The notes under the pieces were generated by a model that saw only the letters and a list, made by a program, of their open reading frames with translations, did not search any database and was not told the DNA's origin. Made by a program: the position numbers and the translations under genes. 64,000 bases of DNA from Flavobacteriaceae bacterium (lineage in GTDB: Bacteria > Bacteroidota > Bacteroidia > Flavobacteriales > Flavobacteriaceae), in the NCBI GenBank assembly GCA_002690805.1, contig NZFW01000017.1:958-64957 (forward strand), read 5' to 3'. Shown here piece by piece: positions 1 through 10,511 of this stretch; the stretch's first letter is position 1; each line of letters opens with the position of its first letter.

Positions 1-370
1 CTTCAAGTTTTACAGCATGAGCACCTGACTCTTTCATTATTTTGATAGCAGAACGTAATGCCTCTTTTGAATCAGCTTGATATGTACCAAAAGGTAGGTC
101 AACAACAACTAGAGCTCTTTTGGTTCCCCTAACTACTGATGCTGCGTGATATATCATGTGATCGAGTGTAATTGGGAGAGTAGTTTCGTGACCAGCCATC
201 ACATTAGAGGCCGAATCACCAACTAAAATAATGTCTATGCCAGCTCTATCAATTATGTTAGCAAGAGTATAGTCGTAAGCTGTAAGCATAGCAATTTTCT
301 CTCCATTTTGTTTCATTTCAGAGAGGCTATTTGTTGTTATGCGGGAGTATTCTTTTTTTGGAGTTGACAT
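1..370 (-). CDS. panB: 3-methyl-2-oxobutanoate hydroxymethyltransferase (PanB), N-terminal part; the gene continues past the window start
   Basis: Not in the ORF track because it is truncated by the window edge. Reverse translation from ATG at 370-368 gives [75 protein letters not shown]...[11 protein letters not shown], matching the PanB N-terminal half (MLTAYD, ILVGDS, DLPF motifs). Confidence 0.8.
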   Translation of the reverse strand, partial: MSTPKKEYSRITTNSLSEMKQNGEKIAMLTAYDYTLANIIDRAGIDIILVGDSASNVMAGHETTLPITLDHMIYHAASVVRGTKRALVVVDLPFGTYQADSKEALRSAIKIMKESGAHAVKLE

Positions 371-530
371 AATAATTTTTGTATTAGCAAAAATAACATC
401 TTTTTTTAATGTATACATTATGATTATAAAACCTATACTCGTAAAAAGTATAAAAATGACAACATGTCACATAATTTATATTGGCATAAACCTTGGACAA
501 TCATATGTAAATTAATTAAAGAACTTAGAA

Positions 531-2444
531 ATGAGTAAAATTATAGGAATTGATTTGGGAACTACAAATTCATGTGTATCTGTTATGGAAGGAAATGAAC
601 CTGTTGTAATCCCAAATGCCGAAGGAAAAAGAACAACACCATCCGTAATAGCTTTTGTTGAAGGTGGTGAAATTAAAGTAGGAGATCCTGCAAAAAGACA
701 AGCAGTTACGAATCCCACAAAAACTATTTCCTCAATCAAACGTTTTATGGGAAATAAGTTTACCGACTCAAAGAATGATCTTAGTACAACTGCTTACAAA
801 GTTGTTAAAGGTGACAATGACACGCCCAGAGTAGACATTGATGGAAGACTGTATACTCCTCAAGAGCTTTCAGCCATGACTCTGCAAAAAATGAAAAAAA
901 CAGCTGAAGATTATCTTGGTCAGAATGTTTCAGAAGCTGTGATTACTGTCCCTGCCTATTTTAATGATGCGCAAAGACAAGCAACCAAAGAAGCTGGAGA
1001 AATTGCAGGTCTTAAAGTTCAAAGAATAATTAATGAGCCAACTGCTGCTGCTCTTGCATATGGATTGGATAAAGGAGGATCAGACAGAAAAATTGCAGTC
1101 TATGATTTGGGTGGTGGAACCTTTGATATATCAATACTTGAACTTGGAGATGGTGTTTTTGAGGTTTTATCTACAAACGGAGACACTCACTTAGGTGGAG
1201 ATGATTTTGATCAGGTAATTATTAATTTTTTAGCAGATGATTTTATGTCTTCTGAAAAAATTGATTTAAGAAAAGATCCAATGGCTCTTCAACGTTTAAA
1301 AGAGGCTGCGGAAAAAGCAAAGATAGAGCTATCGTCCTCTACCCAGACAGAAATTAATTTACCATATGTAACTGCAACAGACAGTGGACCAAAGCATTTA
1401 GTTACAAGCTTGACAAGGGCTAAGTTCCAGCAATTATCAGACAAATTAGTTAAGCGGTCTATGAGTCCTGTGAAGAAAGCGTTAGATGATGCTGGTTTAA
1501 GTAAATCTGATATTGATGAAGTTATCTTGGTTGGAGGTTCAACAAGGATACCAGTTATTCAAGAAGAGGTTGAAAAGTTTTTTGGAAAAAAACCATCAAA
1601 AGGAGTTAACCCAGATGAAGTTGTTGCCATTGGAGCTGCAATTCAAGGAGGTGTTCTTACGGGAGATGTGAAAGATGTATTATTGTTGGATGTTACACCT
1701 CTGTCCCTTGGTATAGAAACAATGGGAAGTGTAATGACTAAATTAATTGACTCAAATACTACAATTCCAAGTAAAAAATCTCAAGTTTTTTCAACTGCTG
1801 CAGATAATCAACCCTCTGTAGAAATTCATGTTTTACAGGGAGAGAGATCGATGGCTGCTGATAATAAGACTATTGGACGCTTTCACTTAGATGGTATTCC
1901 TCCTGCACCAAGAGGGACTCCTCAGATAGAGGTTACATTTGACATAGATGCCAATGGAATCATAAAAGTAAGTGCACAAGATAAAGCAACTGGAAAAAGT
2001 CAAGATATACGTATAGAAGCTTCTTCTGGATTAACAGAAGATGAAATAGAAAAAATGAAGCAAGAAGCAGAAGCTAATGCTGAATCTGATAAGAAGGCTA
2101 AAGAGCAAGTTGACAAGATGAATAGTGCTGATCAATTAATTTTTCAAACTGAAAAACAACTCTCAGAGTTTGGAGAAAAATTATCTGAAGACAAAAAAAA
2201 GTCAGTTGAAAGTGCACTGCAAGACCTAAAGAAAGCTTATGAAACTAAGGATCTTAAGCTTATAGAACCTGAACTTGATAAATTAAATGAAGCATGGAAA
2301 AATGCCTCAGAAGAAATGTATAAAGCACAAGCAGAGGCAGCTCAAAAAGATGGGGGAACATCTGCTGAATCAAGTCCTAAATCTGATTCTAACAAATCAG
2401 GTGGTGATGATGTCCAAGATGTAGATTTCGAAGAAGTTAAATAA
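531..2444 (+). CDS. dnaK: molecular chaperone DnaK (Hsp70)
   Basis: 637 aa, full-length Hsp70 with [17 protein letters not shown] and [10 protein letters not shown] signatures. Confidence 0.98.
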   Translation: MSKIIGIDLGTTNSCVSVMEGNEPVVIPNAEGKRTTPSVIAFVEGGEIKVGDPAKRQAVTNPTKTISSIKRFMGNKFTDSKNDLSTTAYKVVKGDNDTPRVDIDGRLYTPQELSAMTLQKMKKTAEDYLGQNVSEAVITVPAYFNDAQRQATKEAGEIAGLKVQRIINEPTAAALAYGLDKGGSDRKIAVYDLGGGTFDISILELGDGVFEVLSTNGDTHLGGDDFDQVIINFLADDFMSSEKIDLRKDPMALQRLKEAAEKAKIELSSSTQTEINLPYVTATDSGPKHLVTSLTRAKFQQLSDKLVKRSMSPVKKALDDAGLSKSDIDEVILVGGSTRIPVIQEEVEKFFGKKPSKGVNPDEVVAIGAAIQGGVLTGDVKDVLLLDVTPLSLGIETMGSVMTKLIDSNTTIPSKKSQVFSTAADNQPSVEIHVLQGERSMAADNKTIGRFHLDGIPPAPRGTPQIEVTFDIDANGIIKVSAQDKATGKSQDIRIEASSGLTEDEIEKMKQEAEANAESDKKAKEQVDKMNSADQLIFQTEKQLSEFGEKLSEDKKKSVESALQDLKKAYETKDLKLIEPELDKLNEAWKNASEEMYKAQAEAAQKDGGTSAESSPKSDSNKSGGDDVQDVDFEEVK

Positions 2445-2470
2445 ATTATAAATTTTAATTCAATTATCTA

Positions 2471-2505
2471 AATAACCTTACATTTCGTAAGGTTATTTTA
2501 TTTTA
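2471..2505 (+). terminator. rho-independent terminator after dnaK
   Basis: Perfect 11-bp inverted repeat AATAACCTTAC / GTAAGGTTATT (2471-2481 / 2487-2497) with a 5-nt loop, followed by a T-rich tail. Confidence 0.75.
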
Positions 2506-2508
2506 TAT

Positions 2509-2922
2509 ATGGACAAAGAAAAAATTTTAAGTATCTGTAATGACAATACTAACACGTTAATGGAAACATTAGATATCGAGTTTACTGACATAGGAGATGA
2601 TTATGTGACAGCCAGAATGCCAGTGACTTCAAAAGTATATCAACCAAACGGTATTCTTCATGGTGGGGCAACTGTTGCCTTAGCCGAAACAGTTGGTAGT
2701 TCTGCTTCTTTTTTATTAAATAAAAATGGAAGCGTATCTGTTAGAGGAATTGAAATTTCTGCAAATCATTTGAAAAGTATTTCAGAAGGATTTATTTATG
2801 CAACAGCAAGACCAATTAAACAAGGAAAAACTATTCAATTGTGGGAAATTAAAGTAATAAATGAAAAAAATGAATTAATTACACTTTGTAAATTAACAAC
2901 TTACACGAAAAAAATTAATTAA
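2509..2922 (+). CDS. PaaI/YdiI-type hotdog-fold thioesterase
   Basis: 137 aa; the NGILHGGATVALAETVGS core is typical of PaaI-family thioesterases. Confidence 0.75.
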   Translation: MDKEKILSICNDNTNTLMETLDIEFTDIGDDYVTARMPVTSKVYQPNGILHGGATVALAETVGSSASFLLNKNGSVSVRGIEISANHLKSISEGFIYATARPIKQGKTIQLWEIKVINEKNELITLCKLTTYTKKIN

Positions 2923-3029
2923 TATTAAAAGTGTTATTATTGTGATATAGCAAGTGTTATTCAGATTCATAATAAAGTTTTTGAAAAACTTTGTTTTATT
3001 TAAGTATATTCGAAAATTAAACTCAAGAT

Positions 3030-3950
3030 ATGTTTTTAAAATATGAAGAAGGTAGAGTGTTTAGATTTGGATACTATTTATTAGGGTCTTTTATAATAAT
3101 CCTATTTAATATTATTGGTCAAATCCCTCTTTTAATAGTATTTATAAGTTCGCTAGCCACTAAGTCAGATGAAGTTGACACCTCTGCGTTAAATCCAATG
3201 GAACTGCTAAATATAATACCATCTAATACTCGCTTATTCCTAATGCTTTTTCCTTTTGCCTTTACCTTTATTGGTTTATGGCTAGTTGTAAAAAAAATTC
3301 ATGAAAAATCGATGAGAAGTATCGTCACTAGCCGAAATAAGCTAGACTTTGGTAGAATATTTTTTGCTTTTACTTTGTGGGCATCTATAACATTATGTAT
3401 GGTTTCTTATGATTATCTGACTTCTCCTGAGAATTATATATGGAATTTTAAACCCATTCCCTTTCTAATAATGTTTTTTATAGCTATAATTTTTGTACCA
3501 CTACAAACGAGTCTTGAGGAGTATGTTTTTAGAGGTTATTTAATGCAAGGTTTTGGAAACCTATTTAGAAATAGATGGGCACCGTTATTATTCACCTCTG
3601 TAATTTTTGGTAGTTTACATATAGCAAATCCTGAAGTCGGCAAATTAGGATATGGTATAATGGTATATTATATCGGAACGGGCTTATTTTTGGGTATTAT
3701 GACTTTGATGGATGAAGGTGTTGAGCTCGCGATCGGGTGGCATGCCGCAAATAACCTTGTCGGAGCACTTCTTGTCACAGCTGATTGGACAGCTTTTCAA
3801 ACAAATTCTGTTTTAAAAGATATTTCTGAGCCTAATTTATATCCAGAAATGTTAATTAGTATTTTGTTCTTCTACCCAATAATACTTTTTATTTTTTCAA
3901 AAAAATATAAATGGAAGAATTCAGTGGAACAATTAATAACCAAATTTTAA
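3030..3950 (+). CDS. CPBP (CAAX) family intramembrane glutamic endopeptidase
   Basis: Polytopic membrane protein with the family motifs EEYVFRGY, FGSLH and HAANN. Confidence 0.75.
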   Translation: MFLKYEEGRVFRFGYYLLGSFIIILFNIIGQIPLLIVFISSLATKSDEVDTSALNPMELLNIIPSNTRLFLMLFPFAFTFIGLWLVVKKIHEKSMRSIVTSRNKLDFGRIFFAFTLWASITLCMVSYDYLTSPENYIWNFKPIPFLIMFFIAIIFVPLQTSLEEYVFRGYLMQGFGNLFRNRWAPLLFTSVIFGSLHIANPEVGKLGYGIMVYYIGTGLFLGIMTLMDEGVELAIGWHAANNLVGALLVTADWTAFQTNSVLKDISEPNLYPEMLISILFFYPIILFIFSKKYKWKNSVEQLITKF

Positions 3951-3953
3951 TTT

Positions 3954-4133
3954 ATGAGTTTAAATAAAAATAAAATATTTGGGTATGCAGCTTTAATTCT
4001 TATGATATTAGGAAGTTCTTTAATTCTCCTTGGAGTTTTTCTATACAAGGAATATACAATTGGTTTTACTGTCATGGGTTTAGGTTTTAACGCTGTTGCC
4101 TGGGCATTTAATGCTCTTAGAGGTAGAATTTAA
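3954..4133 (+). CDS. small hydrophobic protein (59 aa, two predicted TM helices), hypothetical
   Basis: Below the ORF-track length cutoff. It starts at ATG 3954, 3 nt after the CPBP stop, and its TAA at 4131-4133 abuts the ettA ATG at 4134. Product MSLNKNKIFGYAALILMILGSSLILLGVFLYKEYTIGFTVMGLGFNAVAWAFNALRGRI. It exactly fills an otherwise empty gap. Confidence 0.3.
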   Translation: MSLNKNKIFGYAALILMILGSSLILLGVFLYKEYTIGFTVMGLGFNAVAWAFNALRGRI

Positions 4134-5828
4134 ATGTCCGAGGATAAAAAAATAATTTTTTCAATGTCGGGTGTCTCCAAGATATACCCCGGAGCTCAAA
4201 AGGAAGTTTTAAAAAACATTCACCTTAGTTTTTTTTACGGTGCCAAAATTGGGATTTTAGGTTTGAATGGTTCTGGTAAGTCTTCACTTTTGAAAATTAT
4301 AGCTGGAGTTGATAAAAACCATAGAGGTGATGTGAATTTTAACCAAGATTATACAATTGGGTATCTTGAGCAAGAACCAATAATTGATAATACTAAAACT
4401 GTAATTGATATAATAAAAGAAGGGGTTTCTGATACAGTTAATATTCTTGACGAGTTCAATTCAATTAATGACCAATATGCACTTCCAGAAGTATATGAAA
4501 ATGCTGAAAAAATGCAAAAATTAATGGATAAACAAGCTGCTTTGCAAGATGAAATTGATTCTAGAAATGCATGGGAACTTGATACTCAATTAGAAATTGC
4601 CATGGATGCATTAAGAACTCCAGATGGAAATGAAAGTATATCTGTCCTATCAGGTGGAGAGTTAAGAAGGGTTGCTTTGTGTAGATTACTCCTTCAAAAG
4701 CCAGATGTATTGTTGTTGGATGAGCCTACAAATCATCTAGATGCTGAATCTGTTCATTGGCTTGAACATCATTTAGCTCAATATAAGGGGACTGTTATTG
4801 CCGTAACTCATGACAGATATTTTCTAGATAATGTTGCTGGATGGATATTGGAATTAGACAGGGGTGAAGGAATTCCTTGGAAAGGTAATTATTCATCATG
4901 GCTTGATCAAAAATCAAGGCGCTTATCAAATGAGCAAAAAAATGCAAGTAAAAGACAAAAAACCTTAGAACGAGAACTTGAGTGGGTAAGAATGTCTCCA
5001 AAAGGAAGACAGACTAAACAAAAAGCTAGATTATCAAATTATGATAAATTGCTTAATCAAGACTATAAAATTATTGATGAAAAGTTAGAAATCTATATTC
5101 CTTCAGGTCCAAGACTTGGAAATGAAGTCATAGAAGCTAAAGGGGTTAGTAAATCTTTTGGTGATAAGCTTTTATATGAAGATCTCAGTTTTAGATTACC
5201 CCCGGCAGGTATTGTTGGAGTTATTGGTCCAAATGGAGCTGGAAAAACAACATTGTTTAAGCTAATAATGGGAGAGTTGTCCCCAGATAGTGGTTCTTTT
5301 AAATCAGGAGAAACTGTTAAAGTTGCATACGTTGATCAGGCACATAGTAATATCGATTCTGAAAAATCAATATGGGCAAATTTTTGTGATGAACAGGATA
5401 TAATTGTTATTGGAAATCAACAAGTAAATTCTAGAGCATATCTTAGTCGTTTTAATTTCAGTGGAAATGAGCAGAGTAAGAAAGTTTCAACTCTATCTGG
5501 AGGTGAAAGAAATAGACTTCACCTAGCTATGACTTTAAAAGAAGAAGGGAATGTTTTGTTATTAGATGAACCAACTAATGATTTAGATATCAATACTTTA
5601 AGGGCTTTAGAAGAAGGTCTTGAGAACTTTGCAGGTTGCGCAGTTGTAATTTCTCATGATAGATGGTTTTTAGACAGAATATGCACACATATTTTAGCGT
5701 TTGAGGGAAATTCCCAAGCTTATTTTTTTGAAGGCTCATACTCTGATTATGAGGAAAATAAAAAAAACAGATTAGGATCAGAACTTCTTCCAAAAAAAAT
5801 TCAATACAAAAAATTATCAAGGAATTAA
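4134..5828 (+). CDS. ettA: energy-dependent translational throttle protein EttA (ABC-F ATPase)
   Basis: 564 aa with two ABC cassettes (GLNGSGKSS / GPNGAGKTT Walker A, two LSGGE signatures), no TM domain, and an EttA-like N-terminus. Confidence 0.85.
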   Translation: MSEDKKIIFSMSGVSKIYPGAQKEVLKNIHLSFFYGAKIGILGLNGSGKSSLLKIIAGVDKNHRGDVNFNQDYTIGYLEQEPIIDNTKTVIDIIKEGVSDTVNILDEFNSINDQYALPEVYENAEKMQKLMDKQAALQDEIDSRNAWELDTQLEIAMDALRTPDGNESISVLSGGELRRVALCRLLLQKPDVLLLDEPTNHLDAESVHWLEHHLAQYKGTVIAVTHDRYFLDNVAGWILELDRGEGIPWKGNYSSWLDQKSRRLSNEQKNASKRQKTLERELEWVRMSPKGRQTKQKARLSNYDKLLNQDYKIIDEKLEIYIPSGPRLGNEVIEAKGVSKSFGDKLLYEDLSFRLPPAGIVGVIGPNGAGKTTLFKLIMGELSPDSGSFKSGETVKVAYVDQAHSNIDSEKSIWANFCDEQDIIVIGNQQVNSRAYLSRFNFSGNEQSKKVSTLSGGERNRLHLAMTLKEEGNVLLLDEPTNDLDINTLRALEEGLENFAGCAVVISHDRWFLDRICTHILAFEGNSQAYFFEGSYSDYEENKKNRLGSELLPKKIQYKKLSRN

Positions 5829-5839
5829 GTTTAATTAAC

Positions 5840-6304
5840 TCAAAATTTATATTCCATTTTTATATCTCCTCTTTTATATGGACTGCTTTTAAGTTCAGTT
5901 TTTTTAAAACCATATTTTTTATAAAGGTATATAGAGTTCTTTAATTTAGAACTTGTGTATAGGTATATTTCTTTCCAATTATTTTCTTGTCCAAATATAA
6001 TTGCAAATTCAAGCATTTTACTTCCATACCCCAGTCCTCTCTGATTTTTTTCTATTGCCATTTTTGATAGCTCATATGAATTATTATTATTTTTAATAAA
6101 AGCAAAAGTTCCAATTATAATATTATTTATCTCTCCAAAAAAAATGTGACCTCCATTATTAATGATTAATTTTTCGGAGTATTTTAAAATATCAAGATCA
6201 TAGGGTTCTACTTCAAAATATGACTCCAGCCATTCAATATTTAAATCATAAAAAAAATGATTAAATTTTTTATTGTATGGAATGATTTGAAAATTATTTT
6301 TCAT
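5840..6304 (-). CDS. GNAT family N-acetyltransferase
   Basis: 154 aa with the acetyl-CoA binding motif [11 protein letters not shown]. Its start overlaps the fumC stop by 11 nt. Confidence 0.7.
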   Translation of the reverse strand: MKNNFQIIPYNKKFNHFFYDLNIEWLESYFEVEPYDLDILKYSEKLIINNGGHIFFGEINNIIIGTFAFIKNNNNSYELSKMAIEKNQRGLGYGSKMLEFAIIFGQENNWKEIYLYTSSKLKNSIYLYKKYGFKKTELKSSPYKRGDIKMEYKF

Positions 6305-7691
6305 TACCAGTCATTAACTCTGGCCTAACCCATTTGTCAAATTCACTTTCTGTTAAATAACCAAGCGATAGAGAGGCTTTTTTTAGACTTGTCCCATCTT
6401 TATGAGCTTTATTTGCTATTTCTGCTGCTTTGTAATATCCTATTTTAGTATTTAATGCAGTAACTAGCATTAAAGAGTTATTTAATAGCTCATCAATTCG
6501 TTTTTTATTTACTGTAATCCCTTCCACACAATTTTTGGCAAAACTTTCACAAGATTCACCTATTAGTGTTGCTGATTCAATTAAATTAGAGCCCATTAAA
6601 GGTTTGAATACATTTAACTCAAAATGTCCTTGAGTTCCAGCAATAGTAACCCCTACATCATTTCCCATTACTTTTGCACAAACCATTGTTAGTGCTTCTG
6701 ATTGTGTTGGATTAATTTTACCCGGCATTATTGAGCTTCCGGGTTCGTTCGCTGGCAATAAAATTTCCCCAATACCTGACCTTGGTCCTGATGATAACAT
6801 TCTAATATCATTAGCTATTTTATTTAAGGCAACTGCAAGTTGTTTTAAAGCTCCATGAGTTTCCACTACAGCATCATGAGCAGCTAATGATTCAAACTTG
6901 TTTTTAGCAGTAATGAATGGTTGTCCAGTAAATTTTGAAATGTACTTAGCAACTTTTTTAGCATAACCTTTGGGTGTATTTATTCCAGTTCCAACTGCTG
7001 TTCCACCTATTGCAAGTTCAGATAAGTGAGATAGAGTGTTTTTAATAGCTTTAATACTGTGATTAATCTGAGAACAATAACCTGAGAATTCTTGACCCAG
7101 GGTAAGTGGAGTTGCATCCATCAAATGGGTTCGTCCAATTTTCACTATAGATTTAAATTCATTTGCTTTTTTATTCAAGGCCTTTTCTAATTTTTCTACC
7201 CCAGGAATAGTTACTTCAATAATTTTTTTATAAGCTGCTATATGCATGGCTGTTGGAAATGTGTCATTAGAAGATTGTGATTTATTAACATCATCATTAG
7301 GGTTTAATAATTTTACTCCTTTACCTAATTCGTTACCAGCAATAACATGTGCTCTATTGGCAATAACCTCATTAATATTCATGTTAGACTGTGTTCCTGA
7401 TCCTGTTTGCCATATTACAAGTGGAAATTGAGAATCGTGAATACCTTCAATAATTTCATCGCATACATTAGATATTAAATCTCTTTTTTTAGCAGAAAGA
7501 ACCCCAAGGTCATGATTTGTATAAGCAGCAGATTTTTTCAGGTATGCAAATCCATAAATTATCTCTAATGGCATTGAGGAGGGAGCTCCAATCTTAAAAT
7601 TATTTCTTGAGCGTTCAGTTTGGGCACCCCAATAAACATTTATCGGAACTTTAACATCCCCTAACGTGTCTTTTTCTATTCTGTATTCCAT
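6294..7691 (-). CDS. fumC: class II fumarate hydratase
   Basis: 465 aa with the [17 protein letters not shown] fumarate lyase signature and a conserved N-terminus [11 protein letters not shown]. Confidence 0.95.
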   Translation of the reverse strand: MEYRIEKDTLGDVKVPINVYWGAQTERSRNNFKIGAPSSMPLEIIYGFAYLKKSAAYTNHDLGVLSAKKRDLISNVCDEIIEGIHDSQFPLVIWQTGSGTQSNMNINEVIANRAHVIAGNELGKGVKLLNPNDDVNKSQSSNDTFPTAMHIAAYKKIIEVTIPGVEKLEKALNKKANEFKSIVKIGRTHLMDATPLTLGQEFSGYCSQINHSIKAIKNTLSHLSELAIGGTAVGTGINTPKGYAKKVAKYISKFTGQPFITAKNKFESLAAHDAVVETHGALKQLAVALNKIANDIRMLSSGPRSGIGEILLPANEPGSSIMPGKINPTQSEALTMVCAKVMGNDVGVTIAGTQGHFELNVFKPLMGSNLIESATLIGESCESFAKNCVEGITVNKKRIDELLNNSLMLVTALNTKIGYYKAAEIANKAHKDGTSLKKASLSLGYLTESEFDKWVRPELMTGNEK

Positions 7692-7789
7692 ATTCGAAAA
7701 ATTATATTACAAAAATACATAAATCAAAACTTAGAAAATATTTCTAAAAATAGATAATTATTGTACTTTTGAAAAAACAAATCTAATTT

Positions 7790-7957
7790 ATGTTTGAATT
7801 TGATCAATATCTAGGTTTTTTGGCTTTTCTATCCGTTGTTACTATTGGCTTCTGGCTTATGATATTTTTAATAACTTTCGTAATACCATATTGGCTTTTT
7901 GGATCAGCACTCGAATCTTTTAATGAGTGGAGAGCATCTAAAAAAAGCAAAAGTTAG
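7790..7957 (+). CDS. small membrane protein (55 aa), hypothetical
   Basis: Below the ORF-track cutoff. ATG 7790, TAG 7955-7957. Product MFEFDQYLGFLAFLSVVTIGFWLMIFLITFVIPYWLFGSALESFNEWRASKKSKS. It is the only ORF in a 271-nt gap. Confidence 0.25.
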   Translation: MFEFDQYLGFLAFLSVVTIGFWLMIFLITFVIPYWLFGSALESFNEWRASKKSKS

Positions 7958-7962
7958 TTCAG

Positions 7963-10464
7963 TTAAAAATCAAATTCACTATTTCCTGATTGATTTATTT
8001 GATCTCTATTTCGCTGGTTTTTCTTTTGTTTAATTCTATATGTAAAAGTTAATATATATGTTGGTTGTCTCCATTGAAATTCACCATAACTAATAAAGGT
8101 AGGTGTGATGGTTTTAGAAATTCTTTTTGATGAATTAAAAATATCACTTGCTCTAAATGAAATTGTTCCTTTGTTATTCAAAATATCTTTATTTATAGCA
8201 CTACTCATTGAAAATATTCCTTTACTTTTACTTTGTGCAGTAACTCTAGGACCACTATAATAAAACCTTGTTTGCCAATCAATATCTAAAGGAAGCTTAA
8301 TATTTGAATTCATTCTAGCAAACCAACTTAAGTTTGTTGCATCAAAACTAGTACCATTGTATGATCCGATTATTTCTGAATTAAATAAATTAAAATTTCC
8401 ATTTATTCTTACTTTTTTTGAAGGTGTGTAGGCTAAGTTAAATTCAGTTCCTATTCTATTGTTTTCAGACAAATTAATTGGGCTCAATTTTAATACAGGA
8501 ACCTCTAAAATTTCACTTTCAGAATCGTTAATATCTCCAGATATAACAACCGTCATTCCAGTATCTTGTGTAATAAAAGTAAAGACGCTAGTTGATCTTT
8601 GAAAGTATAAGGAACTGTTAAAAGTTAATTTATCCCACCTTTTAAGATATCCTAAATCAAAGGTATTTGAATAACTTGGGTTTATATTAGGATTACCCTG
8701 AAAAATATTAGTAACACTACTTCTTGAAGGGAAGGGGTTTATATATCTAGATCTAGGTCTACGAATTCTCCTGCTGTATCCTAGGGTAAAGTTTTCTTTA
8801 TCATTAAATTCATAAGATATATTTACAGTTGGAAAACCATCTATGTATTTTTTTTGAGAATACTCTGATGTGGTTTGTTGATCAATTTGAATATTGGAGC
8901 TCTCAAGACGAAGTCCTATTAGATATGAGAATTTATTAATTTTTTTTCCAAACTGAGAATAAAATGCATTCACATATTCTTTATAAGTTAATGTGTTAGA
9001 TAGATTTGTGTCCAATATATAAGTTGGAGATAATGAACTAACAGTGGATTGGTTCATATAACCAACTTCATAATCTGTTGTTTGAGTATTGAATCTTCCT
9101 CGATAACCTATTTCAAATCGAGTATGTTCATCTATTGGCCATACATAGTCTGTTTGTAATAAAAACCTTTTTTGATCTTCTAAATTTGAAACTTTTTCAA
9201 ATAAAGAAGGTAGTAAAAAAGGTAATTTTGTCATTGATTCAATTTCCCCTAATTCATCTTCTGTACTTTCTTCATATTGAATTCTTGCAGTTATTTTTTT
9301 TCCATTATCATCAAATTCATTGTCATAATCTAAAGAATATTGAAATGAATTATCTTTTTCATTTTCATTTTCAATTCTTTGGATATAGCTATCAATATCA
9401 CCTGTTACATTTAATTCATTTAAGTTATTTATGGTATTGTTTGAATTATCACTTGTTCTATAAAAACCGCTTAAAATAAGAGAGCTTTTATCATTTATGT
9501 AATACTCCAACCCTAAACTATTGAAAATACTTTTACGATTACGATAACTATTTCTTTTCTCATTTAAATAAGTGCTACCTCTTTCAAGATCTAAATATTC
9601 ATTATTGTTCAAGTAATTACCTTTAGTTTGAGTATCTCCAATGGTAGTTGTATTAAAAATATTCAATTTTTTTGTTCTCCAGTTTAGTGATGTGGAACCC
9701 CTGTTACTTCTGGGTATACCAGCATTTAAAGAAAAATTACCATTAAGACCGATTAATTCTTGTTTTTTTAAAATAATATTTAAAATACCAGCTGTACCTT
9801 CAGCATCATATCTGGCTGAAGGAGAAGTTACAACTTCAACTTTTTCGATAGACTCAGCTGGAAGTTGTCTAAGACCTTGAGGCCCAGAAATACCAACTAA
9901 ACCAGATGGCTTTCCGTTAATGAGTATCCGCACATTACTATTGCCTCTTAATGCAACAGCACCATCAACATTAACAGAAACAGATGGAACATTATCAAGA
10001 ACATCAGCAACCGAACCACCTCTAACGGTTATATCCTTGCCAACATTATAAATACGTTTATCTAATTTAATTTCTACTTCTGTTCTTTCCCCTATCACTT
10101 CAACTTCATTAAGAGTATTGACCTCAATTTCAAGTTCAATCTCACCAATATCAATAGAACTTTTTATAATTAAATCTTGCTGAATATATTTTTTAAAGGA
10201 AATAAATTCAATTATAAGTAAATATACTCCTGGACTAACTTTAATATTAAACTTACCATCTACATCACTAATTCCTCCTTGAAAATTTTCTGGATTCTTG
10301 AGGTTAGTCAAAGAAATTGTAGCATATTCAAGTGGTTGCCTTGTCTCCTTATCTATTACTTTACCTACAAGATTAATTTTTTGTAAGTTTTTGTTAGGAT
10401 TTATTTGTGCACTTGAATAAAATATAGCACCAAATAAAAGAAGTAAACAAGTTAATTTACTCAT
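7963..10464 (-). CDS. TonB-dependent outer-membrane receptor with N-terminal carboxypeptidase-regulatory-like domain
   Basis: Signal peptide MSKLTCLLLLFGAIFYSSAQ, so I prefer the internal ATG at 10464 over the track start at 10494. It has a CarbopepD_reg-like beta sandwich, a plug region (DVLDNVPSVSV) and a long beta-barrel ending in an aromatic residue (..EFDF). Confidence 0.8.
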   Translation of the reverse strand: MSKLTCLLLLFGAIFYSSAQINPNKNLQKINLVGKVIDKETRQPLEYATISLTNLKNPENFQGGISDVDGKFNIKVSPGVYLLIIEFISFKKYIQQDLIIKSSIDIGEIELEIEVNTLNEVEVIGERTEVEIKLDKRIYNVGKDITVRGGSVADVLDNVPSVSVNVDGAVALRGNSNVRILINGKPSGLVGISGPQGLRQLPAESIEKVEVVTSPSARYDAEGTAGILNIILKKQELIGLNGNFSLNAGIPRSNRGSTSLNWRTKKLNIFNTTTIGDTQTKGNYLNNNEYLDLERGSTYLNEKRNSYRNRKSIFNSLGLEYYINDKSSLILSGFYRTSDNSNNTINNLNELNVTGDIDSYIQRIENENEKDNSFQYSLDYDNEFDDNGKKITARIQYEESTEDELGEIESMTKLPFLLPSLFEKVSNLEDQKRFLLQTDYVWPIDEHTRFEIGYRGRFNTQTTDYEVGYMNQSTVSSLSPTYILDTNLSNTLTYKEYVNAFYSQFGKKINKFSYLIGLRLESSNIQIDQQTTSEYSQKKYIDGFPTVNISYEFNDKENFTLGYSRRIRRPRSRYINPFPSRSSVTNIFQGNPNINPSYSNTFDLGYLKRWDKLTFNSSLYFQRSTSVFTFITQDTGMTVVISGDINDSESEILEVPVLKLSPINLSENNRIGTEFNLAYTPSKKVRINGNFNLFNSEIIGSYNGTSFDATNLSWFARMNSNIKLPLDIDWQTRFYYSGPRVTAQSKSKGIFSMSSAINKDILNNKGTISFRASDIFNSSKRISKTITPTFISYGEFQWRQPTYILTFTYRIKQKKNQRNRDQINQSGNSEFDF

Positions 10465-10511
10465 TGAATATGAAAATAATGAAGCACTAGACAATAGCTA
10501 AATGAAAAGGT

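Noticed and set aside
512-739. Antisense or shadow ORFs listed in the six-frame track inside well-supported genes. Examples: 512-739, 4795-5001, 5590-5820, 7246-7431, 9135-9479, 9641-9880, 11799-11981, 13121-13324, 14612-14800, 15282-15482, 15935-16162, 17001-17192, 17977-18171, 21450-21656, 23346-23612, 28336-28605, 33035-33289, 33836-34159, 37534-37770, 41475-41729, 43592-43774, 44725-45012, 46567-46749, 47577-47852, 49504-49743, 49721-49912, 50338-50550, 53503-53754, 55280-55552, 55538-55738, 56176-56358 and 63160-63423.
   Set aside because: Each lies wholly or largely opposite or out of frame to a gene with clear family signatures. Their products are low-complexity (F/L/I/K/S-rich), as expected from reading AT-rich coding DNA in the wrong frame. 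None has a recognisable motif.
3030-4133. The CPBP protease plus small TM ORF as a bacteriocin-immunity or Abi-type module.
   Set aside because: No bacteriocin precursor, ABC exporter with peptidase domain or modification enzyme is nearby. It is flanked by a thioesterase and ettA, so it is more likely a stand-alone housekeeping membrane protease.
7731-7747. Inverted repeat TTAGAAA-ATA-TTTCTAA upstream of fumC as a candidate operator.
   Set aside because: The 7-bp arms are composed almost entirely of A/T in roughly 30% GC DNA, which is expected frequently by chance. No second copy or known regulator consensus was recognised.
7963-10494. The TonB-dependent receptor as part of a polysaccharide utilisation locus.
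   Set aside because: There is no adjacent SusD-like gene, glycoside hydrolase or hybrid two-component or ECF/anti-sigma regulator. It is an orphan receptor between fumC and an ArsC-family gene.
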